From contig CM074806.1 of the NCBI GenBank assembly GCA_037447605.1, forward strand, positions 4,588,001 to 4,652,000: a stretch of 64,000 bases of DNA. The letters are read 5' to 3'. Below the pieces are notes generated by a model. It worked only from the letters and a program-made list of their open reading frames with translations. It was not told the DNA's origin and did not search any database. The position numbers and the translations under genes were made by a program. This DNA comes from Zygnema circumcarinatum SAG 698-1b (lineage: Eukaryota; Plantae; Zygnematophyceae). Each line of letters opens with the position of its first letter. Within the stretch, counting starts at the first letter, position 1. Of the stretch, positions 50,280-60,704 are shown piece after piece.

Positions 50280-53200
50280 CTACTCCCAGGGGTCCACCAC
50301 CTCCAGAAATCCGTTCATTCTCTTCACTTCGTCGCTCACCTTCTCCTCATATCCACGCAATAGACTCACATAGTCGTCAACATTTCTCCTCTCCGCCTTC
50401 CCTAACGCTTCTGCCTCCGTCTGCCTCTGCTTGCCCCCCCCCTCCTCCTTCTTGAACTTGTTCTTCACGAACATCTGGGCGACTTTGTACCCTGCCAGCC
50501 ACATCCGCAGGGAGGTGTGCCTATCCAGCACAGGGGCGCTCCTACCCACCGAAGAGAGAGCGCTCTCGTCGAAGCCTCCCATGTCCACAAAGAAACTCCG
50601 TCGAACTGCGGACGGAAACATGGCCACGGAGCTCGAGAACTGCATCCTCACTTTGCTTTTAGGGTCCCGCATCCTCATGTGTTCTATGTTGTCTGAGCTC
50701 CGTTCCGTTAGCTCGTGATACTGAGCTTTAGGGTTTGAGATGGAGAAGTAGCCCGTGTCAAGACCAAGCAGCCCGAGCTTGGGCCACGACTCAAATGTTC
50801 TCACGATATTTTCCAGCCACTTACAGTCATCGTCAGGGGGTACGTCATCATCGTATAGAAACACAACAATGTATCCCTTAGCCACTCGAGCTCCGGAATT
50901 GAACCCTCTCAACGCTCCCACGTTGTGAGTGAAAATAGGTATGAGGAATTCACCTGCTTCTGTTTTCTTCCACAGCTTCATCCACGTCTCCATCTCTCCC
51001 GCTTGCTCCACATTCACGACCAATTGTGACGTGATATTAGCCAGCTTTCCCTTTCCAAGAATGCCCTTTGTGCAGGACCATAGTCTTTGAACAATGGGCT
51101 CAATCATGTCTTTCCGATCGATGTAATGCATCACGAAAGTGACGTCTACTCTATCGGGATAAAGCTCCGGGTCCTTCTTCCATAGCTCATAAGGAGCAGA
51201 TAATCCCACCATAGATCTCTCATCATCTGAACCCCCATCCGTACAAGTCCCGAGAGAGTCATTTCCACGTTTCTGCGTGTAATTGGCGAGTATTTCATCA
51301 TGTTCTTCTCTCCACCGGTCTCGAGGAAGTCTCCATGAACAGTTGAGGAGAAGGTTATCTTTGCAGGTTTGAAGAGAAGATTGAGCTGAAGTTAACTCTA
51401 TTTCTGACGCCGCCCATAAGTCTCGCTTCTGTTGAGTGAGTTCTTCAACGTGGTTCAAATGTCCCTCCGTCTTATTATCCCAATATTGGAAGTAAAGTGT
51501 GTGCAGGAACAGGAACTCGTCGAGCTTTCCGCCCTCTGCGTCTGTCACATGCAACTAAACCCCAACTTAAACTAGACTGAAACTGAACGGGAACTGAGCT
51601 GCGTTCCATTTCATGTATTTGTTAGAAGCTTCAGCTTCCAGCCCTCTCTGCTCCCTCTCTGCTCCCTCTCTGCTCCCTCTCTGCTCCCTCTCTGCTCCCT
51701 CTCTGCTCCCTCTCTGCTCCCTCTCTGCTCCCACTCTGCTCCCACTCTGCTCCCTCTCTGCTCCCTCTCTGCTCCCTCTCTCATCCAGAACGTTGAGTGG
51801 CAGTGCATTGGAGAGGGACAGGAATAACGAAAAACGAGGAGCTTCATCGTGCCTGTGCTTCTAAACATTCAGACGATTCCGAATTAAGAAATTAAATAAT
51901 CAATTAATTAATTAATTAATTGAATTATTCCGAAATTGCTTAATTTTCGGTTCTTATAAGTTTCTTGCTTACTCCTTACCAGGATCTTTTTCAAGAGTTG
52001 TCTTTGCCTGCGCCAAAGTCATTCCCGTAGAAGCGAACCACGGTTCAAGCTCATCTAACCTCCTGCAGGAATTGAGAATATGATCAAAGAGATCTTTCTC
52101 GCGCCTGTTTTCCGTCAGTTTTTGCCGCGCTGCCACCAAAACATCAATCCACGAGTCAATACAAATCGTAATACTAATGAAAATCTGTACAAACAACTAC
52201 ACAAAACACGAGACTAGTGCCTCGAGTGAACTTCCAAACTTTCCAAAAATATTAGAAAACCTTAGAAATGTTCCAACATGCTTGGAAACCCTAATCTCTG
52301 GTCGCATACTGCTTTATTTATCTCGACATGATTTACCATACCCGCTTACCATCTGCATATCTCTTCTCCGCGTGCTCGCACTGACAGAGGAGAAGGAGAC
52401 ATTCCGGCATTTTCTTCTCCAAGTCTGCAAGCAGCCTTTCCTCCACTGCTGCAGAAAAGTTGACGCTTTGGAGGTTCGTTTTTTGCACTCCTAGCACATC
52501 GGCAGCTTCTGAAGCTATCTCGTCCATGTGCTTTCCCTTGGCAAGAAGGTGGTCCTTTACAGGCGTGTCTGCAATATATACAACTTCTAAAAGGCGGCGC
52601 TTTGCAGCTGCAGCTTCCTGCAGGAACACCTGACAAACTTTGAGAAACCTAAAAGCTTTTGAAACCCTAATAGTTTGACGATCGAACAACCTCTAGAAGC
52701 AGCAGAAACTAAAGAAACCCTACAAACATGGGGACCACATTCAGCTAGGGGAGGGGGAAGGGGGGAGGGGGAAAGGGGGGAGGGGGANNNNNNNNNNAGG
52801 GGGGAGGGGGGAGTGGGGAGGGAGGGACTGGAGGGACGGGAAGACGGAGGGAGAGGGGGAAGCAGGGAAGAAGGAACGGGAGGGAGGGAGGGAGGCAAGG
52901 AGACCGGAAGTGAGGGAACTTATCCGTGAACAGAACATAACGCTGCACGTGAGCATGGAAAGGGCGCAGATTCGCACCTCGAGTGTAGTGTTGAGCTGCG
53001 CCTGCTTCTCTGCAATGCTTGCAAGAGTCATTGAGAGCTTCAGCTGAAGCTGCCCCAGACTCTCCCGCAACTCTCCGTCCGCCACCAGCAGCTCCGCCAT
53101 GTGGGGAGCATCATAGCTGCCTCTGCGTGAGCCCTATTCGTGTGTCTCAGTTGGCGGATATGGAAAGGAGTTTCAAGGTAGAAGTTTTATTCAATAAAAA

Positions 53201-53884
53201 ACCGCTTCATGCATTCGTAGTTCAGAGCCATCATGGGTATCAGATTTGAAAATGTGTGGAACTGTGTTTCGCGTTTCGCGCGTTAAAGTCAATTTTTCTA
53301 ACAAGTTTGATAGTTGCGAAGGAGAGAACGATGTGATTTCAACAGATTAAGCGCATTCCCAGTCTTCTTCAAAAACCTCGCAAAATGTCAGTATGAGTTG
53401 CTGGTTCATATGAATTTTAACAGCTCGCCTTCGCTGGTGTATTTCGTTTAACAGTGAAAGTGAGCTCCTAAGGATGGATATGAGTATCATGCGAAGGGCC
53501 TACGGGATGACCCTTTTAACGAAAAAATGAAGCAATGCAGCGCTCGTTCTCTTTCTCTGTATCTCTCTTTCCCTCTTTTACTCTCTCTCTTCTCACTCTC
53601 CCTCTCTCTCCGTCATCCACCCTCCCTCTCTCCCTCTCTCTCCCCCCTTCCCGTCTCAAGCCCAACTACGTCACACACAGATTCCATAACAGGCCGAGCA
53701 TATGAACGCGTCCGTACAAGGCAGCAGCTGGCGCCCCCGAGGAGGGCCCCGAGAAGAAGTCGGGCGCCAAGAGGCCGCTGAGGAGCGGGCCCGCCACCGC
53801 CGCGCACAGGAACACGCCCAGCAGCACACCCTGCACCAGCTGCCACGTGCGCGCCGGGGCCATGGCGCCCGGCAGCGGCGTCAT
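50280..53884 (-). CDS. Type II membrane protein with a helical/coiled-coil stem and a C-terminal GT-A (GT2-like) glycosyltransferase domain, 5 exons, about 670 aa
   Basis: Exon 1 from ATG 53884 encodes a hydrophobic anchor (QGVLLGVFLCAAVAGPLL); its donor is ambiguous. Exons 53122-about 52980, about 52631-52349, 52129-51980 and 51541-50280 (1262 nt) are phase-consistent. Domain motifs VTFVMHY, QLVVNVE, THNVGALRGFNSGARVAKGYIVVFLYDDDVPP, PKLGLLG and GGFDE fit a GT2-like DxD fold. Family assignment is inferred. Confidence 0.75.
51640..51782. repeat. 11-bp minisatellite (CTCTCTGCTCC) x about 13 in the last intron of the GT2-like gene
   Basis: Directly visible tandem units. Confidence 0.9.
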
Positions 53885-54495
53885 GGCCGCCCCGAGAGGG
53901 AGGGAGAGAGGGAGGAGGGAGGAGGGAGGAGAGGGAGGAGGGAGGAGGGAGGAGAGATGGAGAGGGGAAGGGAAGGGAGGTAGGGAGGGAGGGAGGGAGC
54001 ACAGTCAGACCTAAGGGGAGCCTGGCAGGATTTTGTTGACGATACGATACGGGAGATATATAATATATATCGAATGTAATCAAATCATATCGTATTGAGA
54101 TACTGAAAGTATATCGTATTGCCATACTGAATAACGGCGACCGTCTCTTTCGGTTCCGTACGGATGTCAACAAGAATCGTACATGTGGTACACTTTCAGT
54201 AACTTCCAACCCGTTTTCGAACCGTTTGTACAACTCAATCTGTACGAAACGTCACCTAAAACCGTACGGTCAGTCGACAGGTCCTCCCACTTCGCCTCTC
54301 CTACAAAGTCCTCTTGACGTCGTCTTCCGTCCCCCTGCACCTCTTCTCCTCTCCCTCCCTCCCTTCCCCCCTTCCTCCCGCCCTCTCTTCCCTGTCTCTT
54401 TCCTCTCTCACTTCTCTCTCTCCCATCGCCTCTCTACCGCTCTCGCTCCCTACCTCCACGTGTTTCCCTCCTCGGATCTCCGGGGTAGGGGGAAG

Positions 54496-57400
54496 ATGCG
54501 GTCCGCAGGGTCCTCGGAGGGGCGGTGGTTTATGCCCCTCCTGCTCTGCACATGCGTGTCCATGAGCCTCCTGTTCTTCTCTAGGTACTCCATCGCACCG
54601 GCGGGAGGGAGGGGGGACGGAGATGGTCCAGGAGGGATGCTGCGGGAGAGCTGGGCGGAGGGATCCGTTGTAGAGGGAGGCGGAACCTCACCTTCACAGC
54701 TGCCCGTGTTCGCTTATCTCATTACAGGTGAGGATTATGAGAGGAAAGGGGGAATGTAGTAGAGGGATTGGAGGAGAGAAAGAAGGAGAGGGAGGGCGGG
54801 AGAGGGTGGGAGTGAGGGAGGAGGGCGGGAGGAAGGGATGGAGGGAGGGAGTGTATACGGCAGGAAGGAGAGAGGAAATGGAAAGTCCTTGAGGGTATGG
54901 GAGATTTAGGGAGGGAGAGAGGGTGAAGGAGGAAGAAAATGGATTGAGGGAGGGAGCGATAGGGGAGGGCGAGAGGGCCAAGATGGAAGGAGATTTTGTT
55001 TTTGACAAGTTCAGATCGGTGCTTTCTGTTGTGAGGGAGAGAATGGTAGGAAACTGATCAAATTGAAGTCTTGAGAGCCTGTAAGGATCGATTTGCAAGC
55101 TTTCCTAAGTGATGGGGAAGGTCAGGTGAATGTAGGGTTTCTGGATGCCTATTTGTTCCTCGAATCATTGAGAACGTTTTTTCTATGGCTGCATTGTGCT
55201 GTCCATGAAGTGTTTATATTTTTGTAGAATTATTGTGTATCTGTTTTTCTCTCACTTCTAGATTCTTCCCCCCTCGCTCTCCCCCGTGCCGCCCCTCTCG
55301 CTCTCTGCTGCTCTCTCCCTCTCCCTGTCTCTTTCCCTCTTTTCTGCCTCTCCCTCTCCTTCTCCGCTGCCTCCCTCTCTCTCTCTCTCTCTCCCTCTGC
55401 TGCATCACTCGGTCGTCACTTAGATACGGTCAATCTAATTATTAAGGCCGCATTGCAGCCATTTAATGCAGTAGTTTCGTGGCATTCAGATTCGAAAGGA
55501 AAAATCCATGTTTGAACTCGTGCGTTGCATTTCATTATTCCGTCAACTTTATGGAATAGAAACCGTCAGTTTTCAAATTTTCTGCAACCTAGAACCTTCA
55601 AAGCATCGGTAATCTTTCTTGTTCGTCCCTACGGAAACGGGCATATCCTGCAACCCTGAGTGGTCATGGAATATGAGGAGGCTTCAGACGTTTAGAATTG
55701 TCGTTGAGAAATGTCCTCCGTCACATTCTCTTTCTCTCTTTAAAACTCTCTCTCTCGCTCGCTTTGTTTCTGAAATATGGTAAGAATCAGCAATTTTGCT
55801 CTCTTCGAAAGCAATGTTTCGATCCCTTAAAACCTGTTGAGAAACTCTCGCTGTCTCTCCCAAGTTCTTTCGAGATATGTCGAGATAAATTGAGACATGA
55901 TGGAATCCCCATGCCCTCCTTGTTAACAACATGCAGGCAGCAAAGGAGATGGCGATCGCATGAAGCGTCTCCTTATGGCCATTTACCATCCTCGGAACGA
56001 GTACCTCCTGCACATGGACTTGGAAGCTCCCCCTAGGGAACGAGTCGATCTCGCTCGTTTTCTTCGCTCTAAAAATGTTTTCACAGAAATGGGAAACGTT
56101 CACATGGTTGCTCGCTCGAATCTTGTAACCTACCGGGGCCCCACAATGATAGCTGCTTACCTTCACTGCCTGGCGATTCTTTTAAGGCAACGCAGAGACT
56201 GGGACTGGTTTATTAATCTGAGCGCTTCCGATTATCCTCTAGTCACTCAAGATGGTAGGAATACCTTCTCCCTGCAGTTTAAGTCCGATTGTCGGCTCTT
56301 TCCTCCGCGGACAGAGAATGTTGAATTTTAGGGCTGACGTCAGCACTGGGTGCATGTTCAGCTCTTTCCTCCGCAGACGGAGAATGTTGAATTTTAGGGC
56401 TGACGTCAGCACTGGGTGCATGTTGGGTCTGTGGACAGACTTAAGCCATGTTTTCTCCTTCCTTCCGAGAGACCTGAACTTTCTCGAGCACGACTCAGCA
56501 CTCGGGTGGAAAGAGTACGGCTCTTTGAACTTCTCCTTTCCATTGGCTGAAGCTGATATAGTAACACAGCAACTTTCGCTTTTTAATATTTTGTGAAAAC
56601 GCAGTTGGCTTCTGACCCAAATGAAATACCAAATGTAAAATATTGTTTGTTCACCTTCTGTTTTGGTTCAGAAACTTGATTTAGACTTGCTTCAAACATA
56701 GAATGTAATGCTGTTTCAAATGGAGCTCTGTTAAGCAGGTATCAAAGAGCGCGGCCTATTGTTATCGATCCTGCCATTTATAGCACTAAAAAGTTGGATC
56801 TTTTCTTCACTTCCCAGCGCCGAACAATGCCCACATCCTTCAAACTCTATCAAGGTCCACAACTTGACTAAACTTGACTCGATTTTGTCGTTGTATCAAT
56901 TACACAGGAACTTTGTCCTCTCTTCTAATTTTTTGGAAAATATAAAGAATGTGGGAGATTGAAGGGGTGACAGGAGAATTGAAGTGTTGATGAAGGAGGG
57001 GTGGATGCAGGCGAGGCATGGGTAGTTCTCTCACGTTCCTTCTCGGAGTACACTATTTGGGGATGGGATAACCTGCCCCGCCTTGCCCTCATGTACTTTG
57101 TAAACTATGTCAGCTCTCCCGAGGGTTACTTCCATACTGTTATCTGTAACTCACGAGAGTTCAAAAACACGACAGTGAATAATGACTTGCGATACATTAG
57201 GTGGGATAAACCGGCACCACAGGTAAGCGTCTCTTCCAATCGTGAAATTGCAAGGAGGGGGCGGAAAGGGGGGCGGGGCGAGGGCGAGGGGGAGGGGGAG
57301 GGGGAGGGGGCGTAGGTGGAGGGGGGAGGAGGGTGGAGAGGGAGGGAGGAGAGGGAGGGGAGAGAGGGGAAGGAGGGGAAGGAGGGGAGGGGAGGGAGGG

Positions 57401-58344
57401 GGACGAGAGGAAGGGGGGAAAGGGATGAGGAGGGGAGGGAAAGGAGGGGAGGGATGGAGAGGGGGAGGGGAGGGAGGGAGTGGGAGAGGAGGAGAGGGGG
57501 ATTGGAAGGAGAGGTTGCAGGAGAGGGGAGCAGCGAACGCGCGAGTGAGCGAGCGAGCGAGAGGGAGGAGAGTGACAGGGCGAGGGGTGCGAGGAGGAGA
57601 GGACGGGGGAGGCTGCAGAGTTGAGATGGATGATTGCTATGCGGATATGCTTGTACGAAAAGTTGAAGGGGGGATATCTATGTGGCTTTATAGGATGTCC
57701 TTTTCATGGATTTTGCTTTGGTTTCTGATTGTCTGATTGCGTTGGAAAAATGGAATTTGTATGCAGCACCCGAAGACACTTACTTCTGCCAACTTTCAAA
57801 ATTTTACCGAATCGGGTGAACCATTTGCAAGAAAATTCGACAAGAATTCGGCAGTGTTGGACAAAATCGACAAGTAAGTTTGAGTTTGGTGTATTTGGGA
57901 ATCTGAAGATGGATGGGGTGGGCGTTGCTTAGGCAAGGGGCATTGGAAGGGGAGGGAGAGGAGGAGGGGGAAGGTGGGGAAGGGGGAGACTTGGGGGGAC
58001 GGGGAGGGTGAGACAAGGGAGGGAGAGGGGGAGAAGGAGACGGAGGAGGAGATGGAGATGGTGAGCTAAAGTGAAAGTATTAGGAGAAGATTTCATTTCT
58101 TAACCCTCGTTGTTTAAATCCTGGCTCTCTGATGTTTGTTTTGTGTAGGGAGCTGTTGAATCGGCGTCCCAATTACTTCACTCCGGGTGGGTGGTGCATT
58201 GGCCCCGAGAACGGTCTGAACGACCCCTGCGAGGTGAGGGGGGACTCAACTGTTTTGCGGCCCACGATGGGGACAAAGCGGCTGCAAGCGAACCTTCTCG
58301 CCTCTTTGGAACCCACGTATTTCCGCTCACATCAATGTGCCTGA
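54496..58344 (+). CDS. GT14 beta-glucuronosyltransferase (GlcAT14 / core-2/I-branching family), 7 exons
   Basis: N-terminal TM, then FAYLITGSKGDGDRMKRLLMAIYHPRNEYLLHMD, GNVHMV...NLVTYRGPTM, WDWFINLSASDYPLVTQDDL, NFLEH...GWKEYQRARPIVIDP, AWVVLSRSF...WDNLPR...NYVSSPEGYFHTVICN, NNDLRYIRWD, PFARKF, PGGWC. Exons approximately 54496-54727, 55937-56254, 56439-56514, 56739-56856, 57011-57222, 57767-57871 and 58149-58344. Confidence 0.94.
56295..56424. repeat. 66-bp tandem duplication in GT14 intron 2
   Basis: gctctttcctccgc(g/a)gac(a/g)gagaatgttgaattttagggctgacgtcagcactgggtgcatgtt occurs twice. Confidence 0.92.
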
Positions 58345-59371
58345 CAGGAATGATGGGGGACGCTTGCAAAGTTTCTAGCTGTAATGCAAAGTGGGCCGGG
58401 CAAGAGAGTTTTTCTTTCTAAAAAAATGCAGGGGCGGGGCACTATGTATTGAGTGGAGCGCTGAATGCGACAGTTGTCACGGCAGAGTATGGGATAGGGG
58501 ATAGGGGATAGGGGGTGGGCTGTAGGGGGATTAAGGTTGGCAGTATGGGACGATTTGGAAAGTGTGGTTTCCAAAATGGCTCTATATGTACTTTGTAGCT
58601 GAGGCGGAAGTGAAGCTAGATGGCTTTTTGGCAGCTCTGTAGTCCATGTCTTGTTGCTGTCGGGTTGGGAACGTGGTAGTGTGTACTAAATGTTGGCTTT
58701 GTTGTTTTTGTTGTGGGAAACTTTGTAGTTTGTATTATGTGTCGGTAATTATATGAAAACTCACTCAAACTCGTTATTTACAAATGGTTATTCTTGAGCG
58801 AGAGAGAGAGAGCCAGAGTGAGAGAGACCTTTTTGACTCGTGTAACTAGGAGAGAGAATGTCCATTTGGGGTTAGGATTAGGGGCGGCAAAAATCCTAAC
58901 GCCTAACCAAAACTAAAATCATAACCCCTGTCGTACCTTCTCTCTACCTCTAACGACTTCATATGAGCAAATCACAGAGTAGACGAAGCAGAGGTTGGGT
59001 AGGTTAGACAAACGACAACTAAAGGAACTAAAGGACTTACTGGATGAACAAAGAAAGGGTAAGAAAGAGAAATGGAGAAGGCTAAGCATGCCCTTCCTTT
59101 CACTCGTCCCCAACAAAAATTGCAGACGAATCTATGCGTCAAATTTCCACATAGCATCCATCCGTTACTGCAAGCAGCGCAACCTACGACTTCCGCTGCC
59201 AGCTTCTACAACTACATACTAGTCCTGCAGAAATTCCTATCGAAAAGCCCTCCACCAAAAAACTGCACCTTCAGCAGTCTCTCCCTTCCTCCTTTCTCCC
59301 TTCCTCCCTCCCTCTCTCCCTCCCTCATTGCCTCCTCACCCTTCCCCACTTCCTCCAAAGAATCGATGCCA

Positions 59372-60031
59372 TCATTGGACTCGCCTGCCCACAGCCTCCA
59401 CAGACTGATGCACATTCCCATCTGCCACACTAATTGGGCCATGGGGTCGAACTGTACGAAGGCCTCTCTCTCTAACAGTTTCCAACTGAGGAGAAAGCTG
59501 CTCTCTCGACGAGCCGCCTGGCACTTGGGGGACCACTTCACAGAGAAACTCCTCCGCCACATCGTCATCTTCATCCATCTTTAAGCGTTTGGAGTACCAC
59601 GATAGGCCCTGTAGGATGCCGATAAAAGGGATAACCAGCACAGAATAAAACGCGTGCATATGTGCCCAAAGAAGGGAGTGAGAAACCGGCAAACTATCAA
59701 TTCTACAAACCGAACTTCTGTAGACCGAAATCGCAATGCATATTTTGCCAAGCGTGCGAAGACGTGTGTGAAATGAAATAAAAAAATCAGAAATCGAGAG
59801 GAGTAAAGTGTGTACCTGCACTCCTCCTTGGCCTTCATGGACCTCCCGCACTACAGGCACAGGCTGCTCTACATTCCGAACAGCTTTTTTAACCCTAAAT
59901 CCGTTGCCCGAACCCCCTTCTTCTGGGATTCCTTCACCTTCTGGAACCCTAATTCTCTCCTCCACTTGCACGTTGGGTTCTTCTCGGCCTCCAAACATTT
60001 TGCCGAACATTTTTCTCACAAAGCCAGCCAT
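59372..60031 (-). CDS. Conserved plant protein of unknown function, 2 exons
   Basis: Exons 60031-59816 and 59608-59372 (GT-AG, phase 0). The junction reads GQGGVQ|GLSWYSKRLKMDEDDDVAEEFLCEV...DGNVHQSVE, a motif I recall from an uncharacterised plant family. The name is not recognised. Confidence 0.75.
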   Translation of the reverse strand: MAGFVRKMFGKMFGGREEPNVQVEERIRVPEGEGIPEEGGSGNGFRVKKAVRNVEQPVPVVREVHEGQGGVQVHTLLLSISDFFISFHTRLRTLGKICIAISVYRSSVCRIDSLPVSHSLLWAHMHAFYSVLVIPFIGILQGLSWYSKRLKMDEDDDVAEEFLCEVVPQVPGGSSREQLSPQLETVRERGLRTVRPHGPISVADGNVHQSVEAVGRRVQ

Positions 60032-60704
60032 AGCTGGGAAATAGATGATGATGAGGGAGACAAAATTTCAAAGTACTTACAGACTGCAACTCATGTGAGC
60101 ATACAAAGCCTGTCGTCTCAGAGAAAAGAACCGAAGAGAAGGACGTTGCATCAGGAAGGAGCTTTAAGCTCTGCACATTGTAATCTGTTAGTGCAGTTAC
60201 TCAAGACAAAGATAGGAGATACAGCAAATTTGAGTTGAATTTTAGAATCGAGAGTATGCTTAGAATAGGATTAGCATCAAAAATTTGCCTTCAATAGTGG
60301 ATTTTAAGGAGGGGAAGACTTGTAAATATAGGCACATTTGAGACAGTCGTAAAGTAAGATTCAAATTCAGTTATGCATGCGGAGATGTTAGAATTTGGAA
60401 CAGGTTTGACCTTGGAGCCGCTGCTTGAACTACAGATTAGGGTTAGCGCTTGAGACAGTCAGAATTAGGGCAGGGCTCAAAAACTTGGGAAATGGAGGGA
60501 CGCTTCTTAAAAAATAAAAAATAGTTAATTTTTTGGTCGGGCAGTCCAACGTGGCGATCTGATTCGATTGTAGGCTGAGGGTCAGACAAAAATATTTTTA
60601 CTTCTGCCCAAATCGTTTGCTACAAATATAAAATATCTACATAAGTAGGCCTTGACTTCGGAGCTGCTCCCATGTCTCTCCGCAGAGCTCCCCTCCCCTC
60701 CGCC

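Noticed and set aside
58919-59222. Short ORFs downstream of the unknown-function gene (e.g. MGRLDKRQLKELKDLLDEQRKGKKEKW)
   Set aside because: No splice or homology support; probably 3' UTR or intergenic sequence.
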